From NCBI GenBank assembly GCA_002633005.1, contig NMRA01000407.1, forward strand, positions 292,666-356,665: a DNA stretch of 64,000 bases, read 5' to 3'. This DNA comes from Phoronis australis (Eukaryota > Animalia > Phoronida). The notes beneath the pieces were generated by a model. That model did no database searches, was not told where the DNA came from, and was given only the letters and a program-made list of their open reading frames with translations. Below, one piece after another: positions 1 to 13,632 of this stretch. Position numbers and translations under genes: made by a program. The first letter of the stretch is position 1. Each line of letters opens with the position of its first letter.

Positions 1-3000
1 CTATTGTTTTGAATTGTACTTGTGTTGTACTGCATTTTTAGCTTATCACAAACCACCTTAGCAGGTGTGAGTGTAGTGAAGCCTCCCATTGAAGGAATTA
101 ATCAACTCCAATCAGCATTGGCTAACTTGCAATCTATTAAAAAACATTTACACAGGGTTCTACAACGAAAACAAAGATTTTCAAAGACGGCACAGCATTG
201 GACTGTAAAGAAAAACTACTCACAAACTTAATAAATTATCATACCAGGTACAGATTTTTATGTTTTGACTAACAGACATATCAAAAGTTTAAATAAAAAA
301 CAAGCATGTTAAACTTGTAATCCTACACCAGTATAAGTAACAGGAGTAGTTATCAACCATCAAATCATGTGTGAATATACAGGTGATAACAAGTTTTAAG
401 TCCTTATCTCAAAGGCCAATCTAGTTCAAAAACCTAAAAATTTCTACCAAATTAAATAATATGTAACATGTCACAATGTTCAGATTTTTTCTGTTACCAA
501 ACTAAAAGCCTTTTTGAGCACAATTTTGTACCTTGGCCGAGATCGCAAAATCATCGACTATTCCTGTCCTAAGTTCCTGTGCATTAGTTCAGGAACAATT
601 CCTGAATGACGGTCATGTTGTTTTTGAAAACGCATAAACATCACCAAGAGCGTAAATGCATTCTTACTTTGTTTGGTTGTTTTTTGATTCTCATTTTGGT
701 TCTTTTTATACAAACTTCATTATTTATTGTCCAAATGTCACCTGTTCTTCCCATATCACGAATGGTATTTAATGCATAATCTAAGTTTGTGAAGTACGTC
801 GCATCTCCCGCAGCCAATGCTCGGCTACAGAGGTCAGCCCCGACTCATCGCCAGGGTACGTCAAACTTTAGCAACAGTACCCGTTGAGGTAATAAATTAG
901 AGAAAAAAAAACTTTTATGATAATCAAATGTCTCATCTTTATCGCCATATCATGAAAATGATGCAAAGTACCAGCCTGGAGTGAGCAATTGCCGTGTGAC
1001 TACCCGGACGTGTGAGCGAAATCCGTACTTGGTACCAAATCGGCACCAGCTTTACTGGCAGTTAAAAACGTAAAACAGAAAAAAATCCAAACACAGCAAT
1101 GTTTCAGCTAACAAAAACAAGTTCTATCTCAAAACAGCGAGCTCCACAGCTCAATTGCAATAATGCACACCTGTGCTTGATTTTGCTGCCCGGACACAGG
1201 CCAACGAAGTAATTGACCTTATGCCTGAAAATGAATGACAGGTATGATTGACTAATCAGAATACTGGAATTGTGAGTGGCACGTTTCTTTAAACTTTCTT
1301 CAACTACAGTTATAGGTTAGGTACTGCATGGAGAACAGCCCTCCTGATGACTTGTAAACATGTCGCGTGAACGAGGGAATACAGAATTGGTCTTTGACGC
1401 ATTTTATTGGCCAATACTTTCAACTTTTTGCAAATTTCTGGATGTGCCGAAGAAAGTTTCGGACCTCGGATTAACACGTGATAAAATGTCAGAAAGCAGT
1501 GGTGTTTCTACTAATTCTTAAACAATGAACTTACTAAGCTTAGTGGTGGAAAAACATTTACTTTTCATGGAAGGCGTCCTTAATATCAAATTACGGCAAC
1601 ACCCACTGCAATATGCCTGATCGCACTGTGGCACTGGTCAGTTCCACTATTAGCGCCGGAAAGCGGTCCCGGAAGACGATCGTCGTGACTTAGAAAAGTG
1701 TGTCTCGTTTCTTTATCGCGAAAAACAGCAAACGTGAAAATGACAACCGAATTAATCGCCAAACAACGGGCATGCCTTCACACACTTTCGGCAGAATAAA
1801 AGAAACCCGCACCATCGGAAATCATTTCGAGGCTTTTAATTTCATGGAAAACTAATTGTTGCCTCGTAAACAGCATACGACTCACATTTTTTGTTGTGAA
1901 ATTTGCAGTGAATTGTTTCTGCGTATCAATACGTCATGCAGCGAGTAGGGCAACCTTTCACGGATTTCATTCAAGAGGATGTTTTTTCAAACATCAAGTT
2001 GCAAAGTTTGGCCTGCGAACGAATGGAAGGAATTTGCACTCAGAGTTATCAATCTTTGAATCTTTAACGATTTTGTTGACAGTCATACAGCAAGTCAGTC
2101 CTAGAAAAGTCGCGGATACTTTTTCAACAAGTATTTTCTCCTTTTTCACGTTGCACACTTACCTAATCGAATGCATGTGTCGGTTAGAGAGCACTGATTT
2201 AACCTTCACGTCGGCAACTGCCTTGTGCTCCAGAGTCTTTCACTGGATGGTGGCAGTGAAGAACAGTAACGCGGTGCATGCACGATGNACAAGCACATCC
2301 TATACATCAGTTGCTTAAAGCACCACAGAAACATAGAATTAAAAACAAATTTACCAACATACGAGATTAGCACAACATTAGAATGGGAAATTCAGCGTCA
2401 ATCCAAATTTCATGAAAATCCATCCAGGACTTTTGAAGATACTAAGGTAAGCGTAAAAAACTAAAATTGCCACTAGGGGGCACATCGGTAGTCGGATCCG
2501 TCCGAAAGTTCGCACATGCCGTCTCATTCATGAATGGAACATATGTGCCATATTTCATGAACGTATGTCAAAGGGTTTTGGAGATAGAGCAGCGGACGCC
2601 GGACGCCGCCCGGACGGACGCATACCGGGAATTAGTGCGAGCAGAAATTTCACAATAAAATACTAGGGGAACGGGGTAGGAAAGATGTCTGTGTACATAT
2701 TTTTGGAAAGATAGTGTTGCAAGGAATCAAACAATACCAAAATCATATGTGTAAATCAATGTCGTCATATTGTAAACAATTACTGGGGGAAGTGTCCTAA
2801 GAAACTATTATGCACCACCTCGCACTCATTGTCTTCAATTTCAGTTCTCATAACTGTTAAAAAAAACATAAAAAACTGGCAGTAAGCCGGGAACTTACAG
2901 TAGCTACAACTTGGCACAGGCATCAATCCGTTGGGCTCACTAACCTGTGCCAAAATGAAGAGTGCGAAATCAGTTTGGCAAAAGCATCAGTTTGGGCTGC

Positions 3001-3819
3001 ATCATCCACACAACAGCACACGTACGACAAGTCTACGGATTGGATGAATGAATCAATTGTTTACCTGTCTTCATCGAAGATTTCGTAATTCGTGCCAGGC
3101 CTCGCCATGTTGCTCGTTAAATATGTCCACGTGTCTAAACGACTCAAGTCTAGTCGATGGCGCACCTTCCTGTGTTTTTGTTAGTCACCGTTTAATAAAT
3201 ACGAAGTCGAAACGCAAGACCTGTCCTGAGCACAAGTCCTGACGAAAGGTCACGAGTCAATTTTCAGTTTCATAATCAAGCGTGTTTATACACATTGAAC
3301 CACTAACATTACTATGTCAAATACAGCATAGACTTATCACTGAATACAAATTAAGCCTCCACCTACAAAATAAACCGTCGACTACTCATCAAATATAATT
3401 TTACGCATCAAATATCCCTCAAATGTTTCTAAATGAAAACAACAACTCGCCGCTAGAGGGAGATAGTCAAAAAGTCTCACACCCAATTCTTTACGAGAAC
3501 GTCTTTGGCCAAACTGTTCCATACAGAAACTGAAAATTTCCTTTATACAAATAAAATTAGAATTATGTGTTATTTTGATTGATTTTTTGCTAAAATATTT
3601 CAGAAATTTTTATAATATTATAAGTGGGCGGATGTGGTTTCGCGATCCCCGATATTTCACATATTTTTTCTTGAAACGCTTATAAAATTTACTACATTGT
3701 ATTTCTTGCTGCGCAAAAACTTTTCTGTGGGCATAATTTTACTAAACTGTGATAAATGTGCATTATTTTCATTCATCTTATGATGAAAAAATACACATAT
3801 CGATTGGAAATGTTGAAAC

Positions 3820-3827
3820 TGACGTCA
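3820..3827. promoter_or_regulatory. Perfect CRE palindrome TGACGTCA upstream of CPEB start
   Basis: Exact 8-mer ending 139 nt before the ATG; function not shown. Confidence 0.4.
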
Positions 3828-3965
3828 TACAGGACTATCGTCTGACTCGAGAGTTCACATTTCGTGCATCGCAGCTGAACAGAGCAGACGTGGCGAAAAA
3901 ACATTTAAAAACTCGTGAAGTCTGGAAGAAAAAGCCGAGGAACCACAGAAATATTTTCTTGTCTG

Positions 3966-4982
3966 ATGGGTGATTACGTTATTGGACGAAGCACGAATAT
4001 TAGAGCTCTCTCTCCTGTAGATTTCAACAAATTTAGCAACAATCAGTCTTTGTTTTCTTCTGACCTTTTGCTGGGCAAGGCATCGGCAATGCAAGACGAT
4101 TTGTTGGAGAAATCGGTTGTGAAATCGCAGCAGTTGTCGCCAAATCCCGATCTTAATGGTAGTGGAGATCAGAATTTAGAAGATTCATTTCGAAAAAGCA
4201 AAAGTGATGTATCGAGTCCAATTCCAGAAGAAAGGAAATGTGAGGCTTCTTTGGGAGGGGTTACGTCAGATGCCAGCATAAACAATGTTTCTTCACCGCT
4301 TCCATTTAGTCTGGGCTCTGATGCTGGTTCCCTCAGCTCAAGTCTGGTGACATCCCTTGCTTCAGTTGCTTCAGCTCCTAATCTTTGGTCAACAGCTACC
4401 GCGGATGATACTTTCTTTCAGGCTTTCCCAAATATGAACGGAACTGTTTTTCAGAACTTCCCTCAGTCTGCTGTACCCACACAAACGGTGTACGGAGCCA
4501 GTGGAACGTATCCGCCACAGATGCAGAACCTGAGTCCAACCTTGGCTCAGCAGTTGCAGCAGCAGCAGCAGCAACCCAGGAGGGCTATAACGGCTCACCA
4601 CAATTTCCCTCAAAATCAAAGACCAGCTAACATGCTGATGGGCAACACAAAGGGTTTTGGTTCATGGAACAATCTGACCAGCTCCCCCCAAGCTAGCTGG
4701 GGACAGCAGTCTCCAGTTGGGTATCAGCAGCAGCCTTCCCAAGCTCAACAGCAGCAATGGGGAGCCAATATGCAGCATCAGCGTAGTCGCACTATGCCAG
4801 CCTCTACTCCTAAGCAGTATCCCGCAAAGAGTTCGCCATCACAGATGTTCCAGCAGCCCAAATTTCGCCGCAGTACATCATTCCCTGGACAAATTCAGCA
4901 AGCAGCTATTGGTACAAAACCTTCCTTTGAAATCACTGGTGTTGATGATCAGCAGACTGGACCTGGCATGTTGGGCTATCAG
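3966..4982 (+). CDS. CPEB4: CPEB2/3/4 (Orb2-like) coding exon 1: low-complexity Q/S/P-rich N-terminal domain (339 codons)
   Basis: Lies in the 372-aa ORF. The ATG at 3966 gives MGDY (vertebrate CPEB4-like start) and an in-frame ATG at 4089 gives MQDDLL (CPEB3-like start). Contains polyQ. Ends at the phase-0 donor CAG|GTAATA at 4982/4983. The symbol denotes the CPEB2/3/4 co-ortholog. Confidence 0.9.
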
Positions 4983-6300
4983 GTAATAGTCTGTTTTTTG
5001 TGTGTGAAACCCTGTCGTACACATTCCAATTAGTCTACGACTTTGTAATCGACTGTCATATAATACGACTTATCGGAATGTGTGGACAGCTGTTACTATT
5101 CGACTTATCAAGCTAAAATTTGGATACTACTTATCAATGGAAAGATATCGCCTACTTTTATTTGGACGATTTTTTATTGACTGAGTCATATGCGACTTTT
5201 AGGCCACTGTGTACTCTCTTCAATTGTTACAGTATAAAATGTCGATAGAAAGCGAAATACGAAAAATCTGAGTGTGTAGACAGAAACTTATTCATTGACG
5301 AACTAAACAACATTATTACATCAGTTAGCTGACTATTCATTTTTCATTTAGAAATATTGGTTTGCAGATCTGTGAAAGTAGGCAAGTCAGTTTTTGCCTT
5401 GTACACAAACATCTTGGTTTTATTGGTTCACACTCAGTATCAAACTATATAAAGACCAGTCATTACTGGTTCAAAGCTGGTGAAAATTTCTTACTGTTAA
5501 CTTGTATCTTAATAAACATGACTGTGCAAAACTGATGGGTCTTGTGAGATGTGTTGCCTTAGCCTGTTAAAGATAGCCAGAGTGGCTCCAGGTCATTGGC
5601 CAAGATCTTCTCCAAGCACATGACGTGATTAATAATAACCTCCAAAGGGGCTTTTGGATCCAGCAATCTTTCCCACCTGGGGAAACTGATCAATAGATTG
5701 GGCAGAGTTGTTAGACTAATCAATTTTGAAAATGCCCACTATTTGTGAAGTCCAGTTTATTACCAGTGGATTCAGAAACCAGTTTCTGTGTGTTTCTATG
5801 ATTGACGTATACGTTGCAAAACTTCTTATATAAGTCTATTTCTTTCTGGCATCGTTCCATGAGATAGCTGGCGGCTGGAAATCAACAGAATATTCCCGAA
5901 CTTTAGCAGAAGTTTACAGGTTACTAAAAACATGTAGCATTTGTCCCATAATTGTGAACAATTTGTCATCTATTGACTTCCTTGATTGTCATCAAGTTGT
6001 TGATCCCTTGAATGCTTTCTACCTGAAGACAGTGCTTTATTTTCAAGTCTGCAATAATCTAGGCAAAATACTTTCCAAACTGAATTTATGGTTTCTTATT
6101 CAAATGTGTGGACTCTGCCCTCCACTTTAGCTTCCAAAGATAAAAGTAAAATGGTTCACAGGCCTCATGGACAGTGTAATTATAACCATTATGTGGTAGG
6201 GCAGCTGCCTGCAACTATAGTCTTTTTCTATAATTATAAAACTGACCCAGCTTTGTGTGGGTTTGCTGATGTCCTGTTATAGTTTTGGCCATTTGAGATC

Positions 6301-6360
6301 ACCAGTTCTAACTTCTATAGCTATGTTCAGACCAGTTCTAACTTCTATAGCTATGTTCAC
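6301..6360. repeat. 30-bp tandem duplication
   Basis: accagttctaacttctatagctatgttca x2. Confidence 0.9.
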
Positions 6361-6460
6361 ACCAACTAATCCCAGTTGTAACTCTTCCAAGTAACTGTTG
6401 TGTAATTGTTTCCATTTACACCCACAATTGAAACTGTCGTAACCCCAGTTCGTGGTTTTA

Positions 6461-6623
6461 CCATAAACTCGCGGGTTAATGACCGACCATGCCCGGGTAA
6501 TTGCCCGTCCCCGGCTTTTTGTAAATTTTTGGTTTAAGCGCCCACTGCTTGGGTAATCGCCCACCCCCCTGTCTCCGGGTTTCCCAATTTAAGTGCCCAG
6601 GGTGTTACCCTGCGAGTTTACAG
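6461..6623. mobile_element. Degenerate MITE related to the 28449-30847 family
   Basis: Imperfect TIR CCATAAACTCGCGGGTTAA / TTACCCTGCGAGTTTACAG; internal TTAAGCGCCC-type motifs. Confidence 0.6.
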
Positions 6624-9600
6624 TCATTTGCTATCACCTTTGAATTCACCCCATTTAGTGTCTTGGTGTACCATTGTTTCCAAGAAGATTTGAAAGCAGC
6701 ACCACCTACTAAGTTGAAACTTTTGCAACTGCTGTGTTCACTCCGAGATACAATGGTTACAGCTTCTCGCCATACTACCTTAATAGAGAGTTATAACTGT
6801 GCTGCAGTTGCACAACTTTTAAAACCAGTTTAACAGTGTTCAGGCAGAATGCTACACGTACCTTTAAATCAGTTTTATAAACTTGTTATAACAAATTTGG
6901 TGTGAACATGGTATTGGTTTGTTGTGCCTTGTTATTTAATTTTTAGTTTTACACCGTTTATTGTATAAGTATCAATCAGTTTATTGCACCATGCAGCTTG
7001 GTACAAAACTGTTTCAAGGTGGGTAAAAACTGAAGAAATTAATCTGACACAAAATCAATGTCATGAAAAAGTACATTTTTCCTTCAGTAAATTAGATAGG
7101 TTACAGGTGTGAAAGCATTGCTGTTGGTCTGATATTCTGCAGCAGATACACTTTATTAGATTGCTGTCTGTCTGCCCATACCTCACATAAATAATAGCGA
7201 ACGTCCAAAGTTCCAAACCACGTGGAATGCCGGTGGATAACCCATATATGTATGCTACTACAAAAGCATAAGAGATGATCCCTTCTGCCTTGCTCCAGTT
7301 GGTATTTACACGATCGCGTAGTTGACACTGGAGGTACTGATTAAGTGCAACTTGCTCTACCTCTCAAGTGGGTGTCAAAAATGGCCGCAGCCGTGTCAAC
7401 TTGCTCCATTTCAGTTGTGTTTACATACGTTCTTATGCCGGATCAGCTGTTCAGTGTCAGCTTCTCCATGTTAACTATACGTCTAAATGTGGCTATAGAT
7501 GGTTGATATTGATTTTCATACCTTTTTGATATGCCAATGACAATGAAATAGATTTTGAAATGTATGGTAAAATCTCATCAACTTGGTACACAATATGCCA
7601 CCAGGCGGGTGGAATTTAATTTTCTCATTTTTTCACTGATTCAGGGTTTGCAAGTGATCCTTTACCATATTCAAATTTTACCAAAAGACAATTAGTAATC
7701 TGCTCTTTTTAGAATTCAGTGTGCATTAACATGTTGACAAAGTTTATTGCACCTGGTTTTTGTAAATGTTACTAGAAGTCACCTGAATTGCCAGGTGTCG
7801 TGTCACTGACAGTATGAAATGCCTCTGGCCAGATCGTGCATCCAGAACCTGTATACTGTACCTGTTTTACGTGTTCTAGGATTCTTTTGTTGAGCTTTAT
7901 TTTTGTAACAATGTCCGTCTATTAAGTGCATCTCTAGTTTATCCTTTTACATCAAACTCAGATATATATAAAATGGCAATCAGGTCTTTGTTGGACGTGC
8001 ATTCAACAGATCCCATGAAATGTGGAGGATAGGTTTCAACCTAAGCAGTGTTTTAACACCTTTGCTGCTCTTATAATGTAGGCAAATTTCCACATCTGTT
8101 TGATGGGATGTACTTACGCTTACAAAAGTGCAAACCTTTTGAAATATGAATGAATGAACGACGACATCATGATCTTTACATTTCCTACTATGAAGAAGTA
8201 TCCACTGACACAGCCAGTGGCTGCCGTTGGTAAAGCGTGAAAATTTTGATCCCAGTCGGTGTCAAAAAGTACAAATTAGTGAAATTACACCAGTCAAACA
8301 AAGTATGGAAGGTTGCCTATGGTCCCTTGGTCAGATTGTTGAAAAAATAGCAATAGGATTTCATGAGTTTGTCTTTTCACATCTCAGTTACCTGACTTGG
8401 ATCAGACTGTGTTCATCAGAGATGAACACTTGAGATCCCCCCAACATCATGTGTGACCAAAAAGATTTACTGGATAATATGTGTTCTCATTTTGGTATGG
8501 ATGTCTTCTAAACCAGTCTGGAGGAACTTAAAAAGAAAGCCCTGTCTTCACTGTAGTTTGCTGCAAGCCTCCTCCTCTGATGTATGGTTGTTCAGTCTTT
8601 CCAAACAGATGCAATCCAGGAAAATAATGTGTGTTGACCACTAGAGTAGATGGCATTGGATTTTGCGATACAAACGTTCCTCGCCTCCCACAGTGTACAT
8701 GTGGTGTCATTGGAGATTAAATGCAACATAATTTACAGGGTTAAAAAATTTTTGTGCTCATCATTTCGTCTAATTACCACTCTTGTGGAGTGAAATGTGC
8801 AGAGCAAAGAAACTGATTTTGCAAAATATCTGTGGATGAAAGAAATTGCATTTTGTCATCAATTTGGCTCGTCTTACCCAACAAAAATTGGATCAAATAA
8901 AAGTCACTTTGATGAAAACAGTGCTCCAATGAGTTCTATGATGGATATTTACAATGGTAATTACCGGGTACCCATCCTTGGTTTAGTTTTAAAAGTTGGT
9001 TCTTCCCTCGATTTGATATGCTATTTCTGTCTACTCACAGTTCACTAACAATTTTAAGCTTAAACATGTCTCAAAATAAGAATAGAAGTGGCAATTGACC
9101 TTACACGAGAAATTGAATGACAGGTGTGATTGACCAATCAGAATGCTGCATTCCAGGCACTCCTCCACACTGCAGTTCAAGTCGCCATCTTGTCCTACAA
9201 ACATTAGCGGCTGTAGGACAAAACACGTTCAACTACAATGCTCATTTTAAATGGCCAAGAGGTGTTGTTGTGGTGTGTGTAGTTCAGACAGTCATTATAC
9301 CGAGAAAGATGAAAATCCTGTCAATTTTAGGCCTTTTCCAAAGCCTAAAAGTGACGTAATGAGCAAACGGAGGATTAATTATACTGTGTGTACGCCCACA
9401 CGAGCAGCCTAACCTGTCACCATTGTTTTAACCACTCGAAAACTAAACACAAGTACATTGCACTCTTTTTAATATTTCTTCCCACTATCGGAGTTTTGGC
9501 TCTGGATTACAGTCTTGTTAAGTGTGTGACCTGCCAGCTATCTGCGATCACTTTCTGGTTAATTATAACCATACATCATTGACAACCATTTCCATAGCAC

Positions 9601-9961
9601 TGACGAAATCAAGTTAAAATATAGTCTTTCAAGAGTCAAAATGCATTGCATGCCTACCTACTTACCTATTAGAGGCTCTTACATCTATACTGACTGTGAG
9701 TGTTTGTTATAGGACTATTCCTATTCCTTCGTAACTCCTCAGTCTTGGCCCTGTCGAGCAAGGCTCGTGAACTGATATGTTATTATCTCAACAAAATTGC
9801 AAGTAAAAGCCAAAACAAAAGTTTTAAAACTTTATTATGAACATCGGAGAAAATGCACATGAATTACCGAAAATATGTAGCATTTTGGCGCCACGCCGTG
9901 ACACTACAGAAACGGCAAGCACGTACTGAGCAAATAGGTAGTGCCCGTATTGGTTGACATG

Positions 9962-10037
9962 TACCTAGTATTTAACTCAGATATATAAAACAGCAGACAT
10001 ATACCTAGTATGTAACTCAGATATATAAAACAACAGA
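9962..10037. repeat. 40-bp tandem duplication
   Basis: tacctagtat(t/g)taactcagatatataaaaca(g/a)caga x2. Confidence 0.85.
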
Positions 10038-11044
10038 TTGGCAACATTCTGCAGTCGGCAAGTGTGCTTTGTTTAGTCTGTCTTCGGAGGTCATAATCAC
10101 GTCACCACTCAAGTACTGACCGGGTTAGGCTGGTGTTACTTCATCAAAATCACTACCTTTGAAATGTTAATTTGAATGGTTACAGTTACTCCGAATTTCG
10201 ACTTGCTACGTGTGTCTGTCTGTCACCGTGTCATGGCGCCGACTCGACCATCAGCAATCACTGGACACGAAATGCTAGGCTAAACTGTTACAGTTACAGC
10301 TCAGTAGGTTTCTTGATCCCCTCAAAATTTTAGTAAAACGTTCGTTTTGTTTTGAGGGAAGAATTGTTATTCATTAAGTATTTTTACTATTATTTTTAAC
10401 CGCATCCGTGCAGTTTTTGTCGACGCTGATGTCAACTCTATGAGGCTCATCGGAGTTGACTTCTGAAACATTTGGGCGGTTTACATGTCAGGTGTCCTCG
10501 ACGTAAATCTTCACCCCAATTTGAGAACATTTGTGTGTGTTAATTGACACAAAACTTATTTCTTGTTCGACTGGTTATTATTCAAGCAAAATAACTTTTA
10601 ACAACGACACTGCCCTTACGGTTATTGTTGACGATATAGTAGTGGCGCCTGGCGATAACTTCGATGAGACCAAAGTTGTCCGTTCATACTGCACCGCAGT
10701 GTCGACGGTCCACTGTTAAATCTACCTGTTTACTGCGAAGTTAACTGGCGCTGTTAACATTGATCCAGGTTTAAAGTTATCATCCATACTGACCACAACT
10801 CCCTAAAACATCAATGCTGAACAGACAAAGGGGATTTCGTTAAAACACAAAATACTGAAAAATATATGAACATGTTGTAATGGCCTGTAGAGATGCCGTA
10901 GAAATGCTGTTGGAGTATTCAACAGTTTTTTTAGTAGGTCTCAAAGCTTCAGGATGAAACACGTTCTGGTGCAATAGCATTACTGAGGTACAGAAAAAAA
11001 TACGGACATTAAATTATGCAGCTTCCATCTGTCTCCTAATTGAT

Positions 11045-11209
11045 TCTGAAACTTATCATACTAAAATACATCGATATGTGGGAAACATAATGTTGCTAAG
11101 TTAAAGTGCTTTTAGTTATCCTGTCTGAAACTTATCATACTAAAATACATCGATATGTGGGAAACATTATGTTGCTAAGTTAAAGTGCTTTTAGTTATCC
11201 TGTCTGAAA
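11045..11209. repeat. 79-bp tandem duplication
   Basis: tctgaaacttatcatactaaaatacatcgat... at 11045 and 11124, nearly identical. Confidence 0.92.
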
Positions 11210-13532
11210 ATCAATAACATCTCATTATAAATATTCACCTGGATTTAGTAATTCAGGCGGGGGATGGTTCGAATTTCTAGAAAGCTGGACCTTTTGCGAA
11301 CGTTGACACTCGAGTTTTCGGTAAGACGCTTGAAGCTTAATTATGGAGAAGGGAAATCTGTATCCACAGCAACGATGGCTCTCAGCTCTATGTTCCTGAG
11401 ATAATACGGAATTTGTAATACCAGAAATAAGGATGTCATGACGGTTGCTCGTAAAAAACGGGACTCAAATTTGGACGTAATGTGATCCCTCAATATAGGC
11501 CTAATGTTCTCCTGTTACCTCCTGCCAAACTTTCAAATCAGGTTTTTTAAATGAGTGATTACACCTCGTTACATACTCGGACGGTAATATTTAGCCAGAG
11601 AATGATTTGACGTAATTTTTCATCAGATTGTATTTTTGTTAAAAGTTTCTTTCATCACTGGAAATGGGAACAGCCCACTATTCCAAAGAATCACTATTTC
11701 GAAGGTTCACTTCTTGGAAGGTTCACCACTCTGAAGGTTCACTACTGCAAAAACGTCTAAAATTCCCGACTCAGGTGTAACCGTTATACTTTCACATGCA
11801 TAAATAAGCCACACCTCGGTTATTGGATGCAACTACAGTTGTATACCGACAACAATACAATACACCCGACTAATTAGTCACTTTGTTTGGATTTCATGTG
11901 CATGTGACATTGTCTGCATGTCTTAGGAATATGGAAAAATGAATACGTGCTTGCATTTTTAAAAGAATATGAAATAGGAATGTTGATGAATTATCAACCA
12001 CTATATATTCATCAATCCCATTTCAAGATCGCATCATCTCACAGCGCGACAGAAAAGTTTAGGGCTGCTGCGCTTCAACCTCACCCTCTGGAAGTGCTCG
12101 CACGGTCGGGTCAAAACTAAATGCAGTTAGGAGGCTACCCTGTCCCTGCCAGTCTTCACGAAGTCTCATTCAGTCTTAAATTTAAAACCACCGTTGGTCG
12201 CCACATCTCGGACCTGCGCCCCAGATGTTGTCCCAAATTGAGAATAAGTCTGTGGTTATATTCATGAATCATGATTGCCAGTGATTGGAACTGAGCTCTT
12301 TTGTAAACAATTTAAATCATTTTTGGGACTATTCAACTCTTGCACACCTTTTAAATGGTTCCTAAATGGACACAAATGCAACACTTTATTCATGTCAGTT
12401 CTGAATCATTAGTAAAAAATCAGAGTTATGAACTGTCTTGAGTTCTGGTTTCGGAATTGTGGACATTTGAAGTAGTGAACTTCTGAAGGTTGCGAATCTT
12501 CCGTGTAACCTTGGAAATCTTTTCCATCAAGATTGTTGCTCGTATGAAATTTGCAAGCTGTGCACCATTGACATTGATCGACACGAGAAGACTTTCTTCA
12601 TTGATCAAAGTTTTAATTAGGTTTAGGTGGGAGTTGGCATTCACCTCTGTTTCAACCACTCACTCTAAGGATCATTATGAAAATTGTATGTGTTCCAACT
12701 AGGAAGAGCACAATGGATGATGATTTACGGATGGATTCAACTACTGTGGTGCCCTTGGTGTCAATACTTTTTTGCCTGTGGCTCAATGTCTAACACGTTC
12801 CTTGATAGATCTTCTTAAAAATTTGGTACGTGTTTCTAATGAGAAAAAATACAACTGAGTCGATTTCAAGACGAATCTGGCTACTGTGGAGTCCCCTGGT
12901 GTTAATTATGTTTTTTGCGTGTGCATTGTTGTCTACCAAGTTCCTTAGTGCATGTTCATGAAATTTAATAAATTTTCAGACATATTTGCACCCTGTAGTG
13001 GCCTTTTCATTGTTTTTGTCTCTTTTGTCATCCGCCTCCCTGTACTCTGAACTGTGTGAGTAATCATAGTGAAGGATGTCAGGTGTGTACATACTGAGAA
13101 GGGAATATTTCTGACTTGCTTTATGCCTTTAAGAGGCTACTTTAAGTTTACTAGCATTTTACCCTTTAGTGGAAAATCTAATTTAAAATAATTATCCCAA
13201 GGCATGTTTCTGTTCTGTATGTGATCAACGCCTGTTTCTCTATCAGTCGCCATACGTGACAAAGCGGTCTTGTTTAAAATGGACTTCAAGGACTTGCCCA
13301 GGTTGAGGCATCAAGCATATATGTTATTATTCTGTTGGTTTGTCGATTCCTGTAGAACTTATTTGACATACCTCATCAGGTAACTTCATTCTACTGAACT
13401 GCTTATTTGAATGAAAAATCTGCAAGCGTGTACCGAAATTTGTAGTCCTGCAAAATTTTGCCATTCTGTGAACCAGTCTCTGCTTCTAATTTGTCATTGT
13501 TCAATGTGTCGCTGATTCCGATATTCTTGCAG

Positions 13533-13632
13533 GACCGCAACTATGACAGCATGCAATTTCCTGGCCTTGAGAGACAGATCTTGGACATCATGAGACAGAC
13601 TCAAATGCAGGACCAGCAGGATGCTTACAGAG
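13533..13632 (+). CDS. CPEB4: CPEB exon 2 (DRNYDSMQFPGLERQILDIMRQTQMQDQQDAYR-G), includes an NES-like LxxxLxDIMR motif
   Basis: Acceptor ttcttgcag| and donor G|GTACCC; 100 nt, phase 0 to 1. Resembles CPEB2-4 'DR..F..SLE.SLIDIMR'. Confidence 0.88.

Noticed and set aside
3915-3965. ORF-track start of the 372-aa ORF at 3915 and its extension to 5033
   Set aside because: 3915 is a GTG; the first ATG is 3966 (conserved MGDY). The sequence after 4982 is intron.
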